Below, in pieces: positions 1-9,662 of a stretch of DNA of 64,000 nt. The position numbers and the translations under genes are program-made. The notes beneath the pieces were generated by a model. The model saw only the letters and a list, made by a program, of their open reading frames with translations. It was not told where the DNA came from and ran no database searches. Within the stretch, counting starts at the first letter, position 1; every line of letters begins with the position of its first letter. The DNA is from Candidatus Uhrbacteria bacterium (GTDB taxonomy: Bacteria > Patescibacteriota > Patescibacteriia > UBA9934 > GWF2-40-263), in NCBI GenBank assembly GCA_026395055.1, contig JAPLZK010000001.1, positions 17,527 through 81,526 on the forward strand, read 5' to 3'.

Positions 1-308
1 ATCGGGACGCTGGCATACGGGAGTCGACCAGTTTTGGGAATACCAACACATAACATATCAACAGTCGCAGCCTTGTATCAGGCTGCTTTTTTGTGCCGTG
101 GATATCTGTGTGGGAAACGGGTTGTATGACCACTTCCCAGGAGGATACACGGACGTTTAATCAAGTAGTTTGGCACTTTTGCGCGCGGGATAACTGGATC
201 TGTCCGGCTGTTGCCCATTATTTGATGACCATAGGCAACAGGTGGGCAACGATGGTGAAACCCAATTTCACGAAAATGAAAAAACACCAATGAATTGGTG
301 CTTTTTCG

Positions 309-383
309 TGGAGCAGGAAACGGGATTCGAACCCGCGGCCTTCTCCTTGGCAAGGAGAAGCTCTACCCCTGAGCTATTCCTGC
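309..383 (-). tRNA. tRNA-Gly(GCC)
   Basis: Reverse complement folds as a cloverleaf: acceptor GCAGGAA/TTCCTGC, anticodon loop TT-GCC-AA, GGTTCGAATCC T-arm, encoded CCA. Confidence 0.96.
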
Positions 384-467
384 AGCTTTAAGGTGAGGTC
401 ATTCTAGTCAAAAGCAATGAAATCGTCAACGGATGAAAAAACTCGAGTTTGTACTCGAGTTTTTGGC

Positions 468-1142
468 TTATCGATATCGTTCATACAATGCAATCGCTGT
501 CGCGGTCGCCACATTCAAGCTCTCGAGCTTAGCCTCATGATCAATCACAACGGATGTACCATCACGCGTCAAAGTTATTCCAGAACCTTCATTTCCAATG
601 ATAAGGACAATGGGCTGATCTGTTGCAAGAACGCTTTCCGACTTTGCTCCTGGGCGTTTCTCTAGTTTATAAATTGGTCTTGCGAGTTCTTTCAGAGCAT
701 CACGTGCGCGAGATGGATCAAGGTCGATCCAAGGCACAAGAAACAAACCACCAGCAGACGCACGAATGACTTTTGTTGAACTTGGATCTGCAGACTCGAC
801 AAGAATCATCGTCGCGTCGAATCCGAGACACAGGCGCATGATGGCCCCCACGTTTCCTGGATCTTGCACACGATCAAGCATCACAACTGTTTTTGATCGC
901 TTGATATCATCCATAGTCCACACAGGAATTTTTGCAATTCCGATAACCTCTTGCGGAGTGTCTGTCGTCGCAATTTTTCCAAACGAACGTTGTCCAATAT
1001 CATTGATATGAATAACCTCTTGCACAGCGTTCCCCGCGGTCTCAATCATCTTCGGTCCTTCAACCAAACACAAGCCCGTTTTTTCACGGCCTTTTTTTGT
1101 CTCAAGAGACGCGAGGAGTTTTCGTTGGTTATTTGTGAGCAT
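468..1142 (-). CDS. TrmH/SpoU-family RNA methyltransferase
   Basis: Motifs LDRVQDPGNVGAI, IGNEGSG and ESLNVA. Start placed at ATG 1142 (MLTNNQ); the ORF extends to 1223. Confidence 0.9.
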   Translation of the reverse strand: MLTNNQRKLLASLETKKGREKTGLCLVEGPKMIETAGNAVQEVIHINDIGQRSFGKIATTDTPQEVIGIAKIPVWTMDDIKRSKTVVMLDRVQDPGNVGAIMRLCLGFDATMILVESADPSSTKVIRASAGGLFLVPWIDLDPSRARDALKELARPIYKLEKRPGAKSESVLATDQPIVLIIGNEGSGITLTRDGTSVVIDHEAKLESLNVATATAIALYERYR

Positions 1143-1278
1143 ATATTGTGTGAGGCTTGTAACATTTTTCTCTCGCTTCGTCAATGGATCTCGTGAGAAA
1201 ATTATTTCATTCAATACCTCCATGGTAACAAGAAACGATTGGAAACAAAAACAACCGATGAAGATCGGTTGTAAGAAA

Positions 1279-2472
1279 TCAATCGTCCATGTAATCGAGG
1301 ATGAGCTGCGGAATTGAGATGACGACCGCGATCATCATGAAGAGGAACGCGCCTTTGAATCCAAGAGCTTGAATGGAACAGATGGTGAGAAACGAACCAG
1401 GAATTCCAACCCAAAACGTACGCTGCGCGGCAGACAATGACGGATTCTTTGAAAGCATGCTCATCATGGTCGCTGCGATTAAGACGCTGAGCACAAAATC
1501 ATTCACAAACAAACTTGCAATCCAATACGCGCCGTACTGCATCCCAAGCATGATGCAGATGATGATTGGGACCGTGGTGAAATACCAAGTCAACGACGGA
1601 AACTCATCCGGTTGTTTTGACAGGTTCTTATCGAAAAGAAGAAGATCTGCCAAGATCGCGAAACAGGAAGTGAAGAACACATCGAAGACAAGATAGTCGC
1701 GCATGGTCCAACCCGCGAGAGCAAACTTCGGCTCCATGGAAAACCACTGCAACGCATCCGAAACAGGCTTGTTCATGAAGTGCCAGGCAGCCAGTGCATA
1801 CACGGCATAAACGACAACCCGAATCAGATCAATGATATTCGTGTTTTGCAACTTGTGCATGCTGAACGAAATGGAATTTTTCGCAAAATGTGAGAACACA
1901 GATGCGAGGAATCCATACTTCACAAACACGAAGGAGTGAAATAGTCCACCAAAAAATTGAGGGAGGACACGAGGCCATTGTCGCTCATCTGGATCACTGA
2001 AGTTTCTGAGGTGCACATAGGCGAACAGGGTGTTTGCCAAAATGAGCAGTACGTAAAATCCCGTTGTTCCCGAGAAGAGCGAGAGCTTTGAGCCACACCC
2101 GATCAAGAACCATCGAAACACCACCTCTTCCAAGAAAACAACAATGAAGAACGAGCGAAAGAATGGCCCTTCTGTCACCTGCTGATATTCATCCGCTACC
2201 ATGTTTGAGACGGAACGTCCGCAAACAACTGTAGAGATCACACCAAACAGAAGAGAGATTGGATAGCTGAGCGCAACGATCAAGAAGACAAATGGAATGA
2301 TCGCAAGAAACGTTGCCGTTTCCGCAGGTGCATAAGAACTCGTTCCGATCAGAAATGACCAAAGGTCGCGCAAGATTGCCCACGGATCCGCTGTGAAGTT
2401 CCAGCCAACGTATCCCATCAGCAACCAGCTCATCACTGCCGTAAACAATCCGGTCGATTTGATCTTCGCCAT
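1279..2472 (-). CDS. CPBP (CAAX/Abi) intramembrane metalloprotease-domain protein with extra C-terminal TM helices
   Basis: EEVVFR, FAYVH and SHFAKN motifs; polytopic; SD (AGGAG) upstream. Confidence 0.8.
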   Translation of the reverse strand: MAKIKSTGLFTAVMSWLLMGYVGWNFTADPWAILRDLWSFLIGTSSYAPAETATFLAIIPFVFLIVALSYPISLLFGVISTVVCGRSVSNMVADEYQQVTEGPFFRSFFIVVFLEEVVFRWFLIGCGSKLSLFSGTTGFYVLLILANTLFAYVHLRNFSDPDERQWPRVLPQFFGGLFHSFVFVKYGFLASVFSHFAKNSISFSMHKLQNTNIIDLIRVVVYAVYALAAWHFMNKPVSDALQWFSMEPKFALAGWTMRDYLVFDVFFTSCFAILADLLLFDKNLSKQPDEFPSLTWYFTTVPIIICIMLGMQYGAYWIASLFVNDFVLSVLIAATMMSMLSKNPSLSAAQRTFWVGIPGSFLTICSIQALGFKGAFLFMMIAVVISIPQLILDYMDD

Positions 2473-2623
2473 CTTTATCTCCTGTTTACATCACATGGAA
2501 AGAACATTCAGCCCCGTGCTGAATGAGCAAACCTAGCAAAGAATATGGGTAATGTCAATCCATGATAGGTCGCCTGCAAACTCGACAAAAATCAGAATTC
2601 TGATACCCTAAAGTCCAGTACAT

Positions 2624-2751
2624 ACGAAAACCTTCCAAATTGGATGCAAAATTTATGTGGCTCGAGCACCGCACGTGAGCCGTACACGGAAGTACGGTGA
2701 ACGCGGAGCACAGAGACACATAAATTTGGCGCCGATTTGGAAGGTTTTCGT
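2624..2751 (+). repeat. ~128-nt palindromic element in the tRNA-Leu 5' leader (copy 1)
   Basis: Arms ACGAAAACCTTCCAAATTGG / CCGATTTGGAAGGTTTTCGT, apex GTAC-N6-GTAC; related to 36092-36224. Confidence 0.85.
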
Positions 2752-2837
2752 GGGATGATGGCGGAATGGTATACGCAGGGGACTTAAAATCCCCGGGAGG
2801 AAACTCCATGCGGGTTCAAGTCCCGCTCGTCCCACCA
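2752..2837 (+). tRNA. tRNA-Leu(TAA)
   Basis: Acceptor GGGATGA/TCGTCCC, anticodon loop CT-TAA-AA, long variable arm, GGTTCAAGTCC, CCA. Confidence 0.96.
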
Positions 2838-2944
2838 CACAAACATCAAGGCAGACCTATCCGGTCTGTTTTTTGTATGCTCGATTGACATTCCACTCCA
2901 AAAGCCTTAAGTTCTGGACAGACACACCAGACGTGAGGCTCACC

Positions 2945-3166
2945 ATGCCGCAAGAAAAACTGTTACCCTTTCATAAAAGCATCCTCATGCTCATTGCGAA
3001 TGCAAATGTGCAAGAGATGAGCATCTTTGCACATCAAATCCATATCACGCTGATTCCTCCGAGTAGTTATGGAGAAATTCTGCGTGCCTGGAAACGTCGA
3101 TGCCAAGAAATCAAGTGTCCAGATCATGGGATCACGGCACGGCTCTCAACCTCGGATCACAACTAA
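2945..3166 (+). CDS. Small hypothetical protein, paralog of 3179-3430
   Basis: ATG 2945; KLLPFHKSI aligns with KLRPFEETI of the next ORF. Confidence 0.65.
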   Translation: MPQEKLLPFHKSILMLIANANVQEMSIFAHQIHITLIPPSSYGEILRAWKRRCQEIKCPDHGITARLSTSDHN

Positions 3167-3178
3167 CAAGGAGCGAAC

Positions 3179-3430
3179 ATGGCAGTAAAAAAACTTCGTC
3201 CGTTTGAGGAAACAATCGTGGAGGCAATCAAAACCGCAAACAGCTCGCATCTTGAGCTCATTGCCATTTTGCTTGAACGCACCATTATCACAAAAGATCA
3301 TGCGCTCATTGTGTCCACGTGGCTCAATCAATGCATGGGATTTCATTTCGATGCAAAATACGCCACAAGAGTCGCGAACAGCATCTTTACACAAGGACAA
3401 TCGCAAGCTCTCGAAAAGAAAGATCTCTAA
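3179..3430 (+). CDS. Small hypothetical protein
   Basis: AAGGAG SD, paralogy to the upstream ORF, terminator-like hairpin after the stop. Confidence 0.75.
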   Translation: MAVKKLRPFEETIVEAIKTANSSHLELIAILLERTIITKDHALIVSTWLNQCMGFHFDAKYATRVANSIFTQGQSQALEKKDL

Positions 3431-3521
3431 ACGGACCACCTATCGCAAATGTGCAAGGTGGTTTTTTCTTTTCCACACGTTCCTTGCGCTTCCTTCTCGA
3501 CTGCCACATAATGAAGCCAAT

Positions 3522-4583
3522 ATGATCGAACGCGAAGAATTCGAAATGCCCATCGCGCCTTCGACAGGCTCAGGCAATAATACTGTCACACCAAATGCCT
3601 CCCCAGAAGAGCGCGATTTTGAGTTTTCCCTTCGTCCAAAAACACTTGCGGACTTTGTGGGACAAGAAGGATTAAAGGAAAACTTGACGGTATTCATGGG
3701 CGCGGCAAAAAAACGTGAGGAACCCATTGAACATGTGTTGCTCTACGGAAATCCAGGACTCGGAAAAACAACCCTCGCACATATCATTGCAAATGAAATG
3801 GGTTCACAGATTCGTGTAACGTCGGGTCCTGCTCTTGAGAAAGTCGGCGATCTTGCGGCGATTCTTTCAAATCTCCAGAAAGGAGACATTTTATTTATCG
3901 ACGAGATTCATCGTATTAACAAAACGATCGAGGAAGTTTTATATCCGGCCATGGAAGACTACGCGCTCGACATTATCGTCGGCAAAGGTCCGACCGCACG
4001 TACCCTTCGCATTAACCTTGAACATTTCACCCTTATTGGTGCTACAACACGTCTTTCCTTGTTATCCGCCCCGCTGCGAGATCGTTTTGGGATGGTGCAT
4101 CACTTAGATTTTTATAAACGCGATGACCTCGCAACCATTCTTCGTCGCAACGCAAATATCTTACGAACCCCCATTCATGATGACGCGGTAGAACTCCTTG
4201 CTATGCGCTCACGTCTCACACCTCGTATTGCAAACCGCATGCTTCGCCGCGCACGTGACTTCGCACAAGTAAAAGGTGACGGCACCATCACTCCAGACCT
4301 TTGCCGCGACGCCCTCGCCATGATGCGTGTTGATGAAGAAGGATTAGATGCCGTTGATCGCCACATCCTCACCACTATCATGGAAAAATTTCAGGGTGGC
4401 CCCGTTGGTCTTTCCACCATTGCTGCAGCCACACAAGAAGAAATGGAAACCATTGAAGATGTTCATGAACCCTACTTACTCCAACTCGGTTTTCTTGCGC
4501 GCACTCCACGTGGACGCATTGCCACGGATCGCGCATACAAACATCTCGGCATAGATATCCCAGAACAAAGTCGTCTGATATAA
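3522..4583 (+). CDS. ruvB: Holliday junction branch migration helicase RuvB
   Basis: [13 protein letters not shown], Walker [30 protein letters not shown]. Start estimated at ATG 3522. Confidence 0.97.
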   Translation: MIEREEFEMPIAPSTGSGNNTVTPNASPEERDFEFSLRPKTLADFVGQEGLKENLTVFMGAAKKREEPIEHVLLYGNPGLGKTTLAHIIANEMGSQIRVTSGPALEKVGDLAAILSNLQKGDILFIDEIHRINKTIEEVLYPAMEDYALDIIVGKGPTARTLRINLEHFTLIGATTRLSLLSAPLRDRFGMVHHLDFYKRDDLATILRRNANILRTPIHDDAVELLAMRSRLTPRIANRMLRRARDFAQVKGDGTITPDLCRDALAMMRVDEEGLDAVDRHILTTIMEKFQGGPVGLSTIAAATQEEMETIEDVHEPYLLQLGFLARTPRGRIATDRAYKHLGIDIPEQSRLI

Positions 4584-4593
4584 TACATTCACT

Positions 4594-4887
4594 ATGCCAT
4601 TCACTCTTGCAGACATCAGTATCCCCGTTTCTATCTTCTTTGGATTATACGGAATATTTTTGTGCTGTTATGTCATTTACGGATTCTTTAACCTCGTTCA
4701 CTTGTTAGAATACGGCCGCGTTGGCGCGCCCCTCTTTGCCATTGTGATTGGGTTTGTTGGTGGAACCGTTCTTCTTGTCGCCGGATCCATCATTTGGTTA
4801 TTTCATTATGATCTGACGTACACCGTTCCGCTTGGAGAAATGATCAATTCGTTCAAACAGTATTTCTCCCATAAAACAGCCTTCTAA
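4594..4887 (+). CDS. Small two-TM membrane protein
   Basis: Two hydrophobic segments; tight spacing after ruvB. Confidence 0.75.
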   Translation: MPFTLADISIPVSIFFGLYGIFLCCYVIYGFFNLVHLLEYGRVGAPLFAIVIGFVGGTVLLVAGSIIWLFHYDLTYTVPLGEMINSFKQYFSHKTAF

Positions 4888-4892
4888 CGACT

Positions 4893-5450
4893 ATGCTCTC
4901 TCCTGATCACATTCCAAACAAGCGAAACAATGAAAAAATCGTTCTGTTTCTCAGACGACATTGGTTTGCGGTTTTGTCATTGGTTGTTTCCTTTATCTTA
5001 CTTACAGTTATTCCCATTGGGCTCGCCATCTACTTTTGGGACACGCTTTCGCTCTGGCTTGCAGAACCATTCTTTGGTGTTTTACTCTCGGTCCTCATTA
5101 GTATGTATTTCCTAGGCGTATGGCTTGTTACTGCCACAGGATTCACCGATTATTATCTTGATACGTGGATTGTTACAAACGAACGCATTATCAACATTGA
5201 ACAACAAGGATTATTTCAACGCGTTGCATCCGAACTGGATCTCACAACGGTTCAAGACGTCACGGCAGAAATTAGCGGTGTCCTTGAAACCCTGTTCCAG
5301 TTTGGTGATGTAGAAATCCAAACTGCCGGAGAACGAGAACACTTTGAGTTTAGACACGTTCCACATCCAGAACACGTAAAAGAAGTTATCATGCAATTAG
5401 TTCAAGCAGACAAGCGAGCGCTTGCGACAGGACAAACTCCCCCGGCATAA
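4893..5450 (+). CDS. Membrane protein with bacterial PH (bPH_2-like) domain
   Basis: LRRHW, two TM helices, IVTNERIINIEQ.GLF, FGDVEIQTAGE. Confidence 0.8.
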   Translation: MLSPDHIPNKRNNEKIVLFLRRHWFAVLSLVVSFILLTVIPIGLAIYFWDTLSLWLAEPFFGVLLSVLISMYFLGVWLVTATGFTDYYLDTWIVTNERIINIEQQGLFQRVASELDLTTVQDVTAEISGVLETLFQFGDVEIQTAGEREHFEFRHVPHPEHVKEVIMQLVQADKRALATGQTPPA

Positions 5451-5487
5451 ATAAAATATCCTCCGATGATCGGAGGATATTTTATTT
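5449..5487. terminator. Bidirectional intrinsic terminator
   Basis: AAATAAAATATCCTCCGA..TCGGAGGATATTTTATTT between convergent genes. Confidence 0.8.
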
Positions 5488-6406
5488 ACCATGTATAGGA
5501 TTTCCAAGCCCAGCTTGAAAGGGTTTTTGCATCCGCAAACGATTGCGCACGCGAGTCCGAACCAAAGATGACAAGCAACAACTCTTTTTTTGCATTATTA
5601 TCTTTTGGACGAAGGGCTGTGACAAAATTCCAGGAGGACTCCTCTAGATACCCCGTTTTTCCCGCAACAACGATTCCGTTATTATAAGCAGGCTTTGTGA
5701 GCATCCAATTTGTATTTTGAATTTTTTTAATGGTTCCCGTATTGACCATGCGAACATTCCTTATGGGTGTACTCGCATATTTCTTAATGAACACGTTCTT
5801 GAACGCTTCATCGGCAACTTTTGCGAGTTCCATTGGCGTAGAGACATTCGCAGGATCTATTCCACTTGGATCAACGTACACCGTCGATTTTAATCCGAAC
5901 ACTTTTGCTTTTGCATTCATAGCATCTACGAACTCTTCTCTTGTGAGTCCCGTAGAGCGTGCAAGTGCATTTGCCGCGTTGTTTGCGGAACCGACAAGCA
6001 TGGAATAGAACAGATCGTCGATGGTGAACGCATCTCCGTTCTTCACATACAGTTTTGCTCCGCCCACATCATCCTCTGTGAGAACACCAAATATTTTTTT
6101 AGGGGATTCTTTTTTTTCAAGAACAATCTGTGCAGTCATGAGTTTTGTTGTCGAAGCAATGGGCCACACAAGATTTTCATTTTTCTCCGTGAGAACAATT
6201 CCGGTCGAGCGATCAATGACGACATAGGCCTTCGCATGAATCTTTGATTCGATCTCAGACGTGTCTACACGAACAGGTATTTTTGATTTTGTGGCGACGA
6301 TGGGAGTCTTCGGAGTTGGTTTCTTTATAACGGGCGCAGCAAAAATTACCGTGGGAAAAACCAGAAGGATGAAAAATGCGAAAATGATTTTCTTTAGAAC
6401 GTTCAT
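5486..6406 (-). CDS. D-alanyl-D-alanine carboxypeptidase (peptidase S11)
   Basis: Signal peptide; SxxK (ASTTKLM), SxN (SANN), KTG. Confidence 0.92.
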   Translation of the reverse strand: MNVLKKIIFAFFILLVFPTVIFAAPVIKKPTPKTPIVATKSKIPVRVDTSEIESKIHAKAYVVIDRSTGIVLTEKNENLVWPIASTTKLMTAQIVLEKKESPKKIFGVLTEDDVGGAKLYVKNGDAFTIDDLFYSMLVGSANNAANALARSTGLTREEFVDAMNAKAKVFGLKSTVYVDPSGIDPANVSTPMELAKVADEAFKNVFIKKYASTPIRNVRMVNTGTIKKIQNTNWMLTKPAYNNGIVVAGKTGYLEESSWNFVTALRPKDNNAKKELLLVIFGSDSRAQSFADAKTLSSWAWKSYTW

Positions 6407-6407
6407 G

Positions 6408-7325
6408 TTATGCGTACGAATTCTCGTAATGTGATTTATCAACAATACGTGGAGTGTCTTTCCCGTCATAGGAAGCAAACGTGTAATCAACCGTATTTCC
6501 TTGCTTGTCCTTTTCTGTCGTGATTTCCCAAATCAATTGCGTGCCATAAACATTTGATTGTTTTGATGTGCGCCCGTCTGGAGAATACGTAAATTTTACC
6601 GCGCCGACGGATTGTTTGTTTTCTCCGTCAATAATTTGACCACGTTGTTCCTCTATAAGTTGACCCTGTTCATTATAACGTTTTGCATACCACATTCCTC
6701 GTTTTGCCGAACTGCCTTCATACGATCGATGCATTATTTCGCGTCCATCTTTGTCATACGTGAATTCGGCGCTTAACATTCCATCCTTCGTTTCTTTTTT
6801 CTTTGTTGTTCCGTCTAATTCTTGCGTGTACTCATACGTTCGCAACGCTTCCGTCATTGGACTTGTTTCTCTCATTTGACCGGCAAACATCATGGCCGAC
6901 GGACGACCCTGCTCGTCATATTCATGTTCCGTTCCGATAAAAGACGTTTTATCTGCATATTTTATTTCTCTACGCTCTGACTGAACTCGCCCCTTTGCAT
7001 CATAGGCGATGGATTCTGTCGTTGTGCGAAAACGTGGATCTGCAGTTTTTGTTTTTTTATCGGGAGACAAAAAATCAAATAATTTCTTTTTTGGTACAAG
7101 AGCATTGTTCTCAGGCGCTTTTTCTGCAGCAGTTTCTTCGCTTGTCGTCACTTTGCGAACAACACGACCTTTATCGTCATAACTCAAAGCGGTTCGTTCC
7201 AAAACGGAACCAGGCTTTCCATTATAAAGAGACGTTTTTACAACCTCCACCAATCGCTTGGGAGTTTTCTCTGCCTCCTTTTTAAGGACCCCCTCCATAC
7301 TTCCCATGAATTCAGACATATGCAA
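6408..7325 (-). CDS. Hypothetical protein with YD/RHS-like repeats
   Basis: Recurrent YDxxGR motifs (YDDKGR, YDAKGR, YDEQGR, YDKDGR, YNEQGQ, YSPDGR). Confidence 0.7.
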   Translation of the reverse strand: MHMSEFMGSMEGVLKKEAEKTPKRLVEVVKTSLYNGKPGSVLERTALSYDDKGRVVRKVTTSEETAAEKAPENNALVPKKKLFDFLSPDKKTKTADPRFRTTTESIAYDAKGRVQSERREIKYADKTSFIGTEHEYDEQGRPSAMMFAGQMRETSPMTEALRTYEYTQELDGTTKKKETKDGMLSAEFTYDKDGREIMHRSYEGSSAKRGMWYAKRYNEQGQLIEEQRGQIIDGENKQSVGAVKFTYSPDGRTSKQSNVYGTQLIWEITTEKDKQGNTVDYTFASYDGKDTPRIVDKSHYENSYA

Positions 7326-7329
7326 AAAG

Positions 7330-9576
7330 TTAATTCCATCGTTTACTTAAATCGATCCCCTGATAGAAATATTTTAAAATGGCATCCCATTGTTGTCCAT
7401 TCTTTGCCATACAAAGAGCTTCACTTGCCGACAATCCAACGCCATGTCCCCAAAGTGTACGATTATTTGCGGCATCACATGGACACGGCACAGATTTAGC
7501 CCACGCGACCGTACCACCCCAAACTTCATGCCAGTCACGTGTTCGTCCATCTGAACGTGAGAAGTACGGTGTAATAGCCGTCTTGCCCGCATACGTCACC
7601 GTCACACCTCGTGTCTCACGCGCAGCCTGACCAATAGATGGATTTCCCATTTCATATTCATATCCTCTGTACACTTGGTCATCTGCCGATGAGTTCATGT
7701 GGAAAAACTCGGAAGCATGTTTTGTTGCGCGCTCCCACTGATAGAGCGCAAAGGTACGCGCAATCGTGATGAGTGTTTTTTTGAATTGATACTCAGAAAG
7801 TTCGGAGGTTTCTCCGAGTCCTGCCAAATAATCTTCCATAGGCAATTCGTTAATCACCCATGTACGATCTTTTGTGCTGTTATAACGAAGCTCCAGAATA
7901 TTTCTGTACGTATTTTCTGCGTACCCCGCATGACGCGTAACGCGCTTGTCAAAGTTTTCGATCTTACAAACAGATCCGGGCGCATTTGGAACGAATCGTA
8001 AATAAGAAACGGATTGCTCTAAGCCATCTCCTTTATCAAAGTAATAAATGGCATTTTTATAAAAGGCGAGGATGGGGTCATTTGCGAGTTTTTCCCCAAG
8101 GATGTTTCCGTTTCCATCAATTAATTTCCAATCCGTGTTACAGCTAATCTTTACTTGATTTGCCGTTTCGTCATCTACAATCAAAATTCCGATTCGAACA
8201 ATCGGTTCATCAATCAGATTCTGTGTTTCGATATTATTGACAATGGGACTGTTCAATAAATCTCCGGCATCAGACGTGACATCAACAGGAATATCAATTT
8301 CTGCATCCGGAAGCACTGTGTCATTTGCGGCGAACTGGTATTTCATGGTGTATGTTCCTTTTGTGGAAGGTGCCGTAAACGCAAAAGACAAAAAATCGAT
8401 TGCACCTGGATCAACGACTCCTGTGGAATTGAGCGCAAGTTGTGTTACCGGACTATTAGACCCAGTAGCCATCGACATCGTGTCTGCAGAACGCACTTCG
8501 CGTTTTATCCAAGGAACAGTTCCTGTGTTTCGCATTCCAACTTTATAAACAACTTGCTCTCCCCCTTCTGCATTCACACGCTTCTCCGATCTGAGCAAAA
8601 CGAATGCGGAAAGCCCTGGTTGTCCAATATCTGAAGCGAGTCTTGTTTTAGATGTTTGCGCGACAGGGATTGCTGTCTTTGCAACCTCGATTGTGAGCTT
8701 CACGGGCGCACCTGGAATCCAGGTTACGTTTTCGGAAACGAGATCGAAAGACTCAACATATGATCCGGTCTTCTTTGGTGCGGTAAGAACAAGTTCAAAA
8801 TGACCAACAGCACCTGGCGCAACAGACTTCTCTCTTAATTTCACGGGGTGCGCCGCGGTTAGCCATGTCTTATCTGCAAATACACTCTTGCGATCTTTTT
8901 TGTCGAACGTATAAAGCGAAACGAAAGAGTCACCCGTATTTTTCCATGTTGTCTTTCCGATATTTTTGTACGCAAGCTCAATTGTCTGTGTTGCACTAGG
9001 CGCCATCGAGATAGCATCTGGCTGATTCACGAGATACGCTTCATAACCTTTTCGAGCTGCGCTCTTTACTTCAATGGACAGTTTGATGTCTCCGCCTGGG
9101 ATCCAGGTTGTATCTTCTGAAACAATCGAGAAAGATTCTTTATACGTCCCAACTTTTTCTGGCGCGTGCAATGTAAGTTCAAAGTGTCCAATTTTATTTT
9201 TTGCAATGGATGATTCCTTCATTTTGGTTGGATGCGTCTCATCAATCCACGATGCGTCTGCGAAAATACTTTTTCGATTCTTTGCATCAAAGGTATAAAG
9301 CGAAACGTACCCGTCTCCAGAGTTTGTCCAAACTTCTTTTCCAATATTTTTGTAAGCAATGTCGACGGTCTTTGTTTCACCTGGTGCAAGCGTGATGCTC
9401 GACGCGAGCTTTTGAAGTTGTGCTTCGTATCCCTTGCGAGGCGCGGCTAGAACATGACCACCCCCTAACCCCCTCCTTGTTAAGGAGGGGGAAAATAAGA
9501 TCAAGAAAAAAACAAGACCGAATAATGCGATCTTCTTCCCCGCGGCGTTTTGTAGTGAAAAACGCTTCATAATCAT
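7330..9576 (-). CDS. SpoIID/LytB-domain protein with N-terminal NBR1-like Ig repeats
   Basis: Repeated KNxGxxxW Ig modules; VINELPMEDYLAG, DQVYRG, GHGVGLS, ILKYFY. Confidence 0.88.
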   Translation of the reverse strand: MIMKRFSLQNAAGKKIALFGLVFFLILFSPSLTRRGLGGGHVLAAPRKGYEAQLQKLASSITLAPGETKTVDIAYKNIGKEVWTNSGDGYVSLYTFDAKNRKSIFADASWIDETHPTKMKESSIAKNKIGHFELTLHAPEKVGTYKESFSIVSEDTTWIPGGDIKLSIEVKSAARKGYEAYLVNQPDAISMAPSATQTIELAYKNIGKTTWKNTGDSFVSLYTFDKKDRKSVFADKTWLTAAHPVKLREKSVAPGAVGHFELVLTAPKKTGSYVESFDLVSENVTWIPGAPVKLTIEVAKTAIPVAQTSKTRLASDIGQPGLSAFVLLRSEKRVNAEGGEQVVYKVGMRNTGTVPWIKREVRSADTMSMATGSNSPVTQLALNSTGVVDPGAIDFLSFAFTAPSTKGTYTMKYQFAANDTVLPDAEIDIPVDVTSDAGDLLNSPIVNNIETQNLIDEPIVRIGILIVDDETANQVKISCNTDWKLIDGNGNILGEKLANDPILAFYKNAIYYFDKGDGLEQSVSYLRFVPNAPGSVCKIENFDKRVTRHAGYAENTYRNILELRYNSTKDRTWVINELPMEDYLAGLGETSELSEYQFKKTLITIARTFALYQWERATKHASEFFHMNSSADDQVYRGYEYEMGNPSIGQAARETRGVTVTYAGKTAITPYFSRSDGRTRDWHEVWGGTVAWAKSVPCPCDAANNRTLWGHGVGLSASEALCMAKNGQQWDAILKYFYQGIDLSKRWN
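9456..9491 (+). repeat. CCCCTCC-type REP-like palindrome, in frame within the SpoIID-domain gene
   Basis: GACCACCCCCTAACCCCCTCCTTGTTAAGGAGGGGG; near-identical inverted copy at 47441-47476. Confidence 0.8.
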
Positions 9577-9662
9577 GAATAAGTGTATCGAAAAAAGAGG
9601 CCTTCGTCAAAAAACGTTGCAGCTTTGTCTCGTCACACCCACCCTGCTACAATGACTGTATT

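Noticed and set aside
86-270. Cluster of degenerate GTGG(A/G)..AAC motifs resembling DnaA boxes, plus ORFs 78-353 and 93-293
   Set aside because: No consensus box and irregular spacing; the ORFs overlap tRNA-Gly or its terminator and show no recognisable features.
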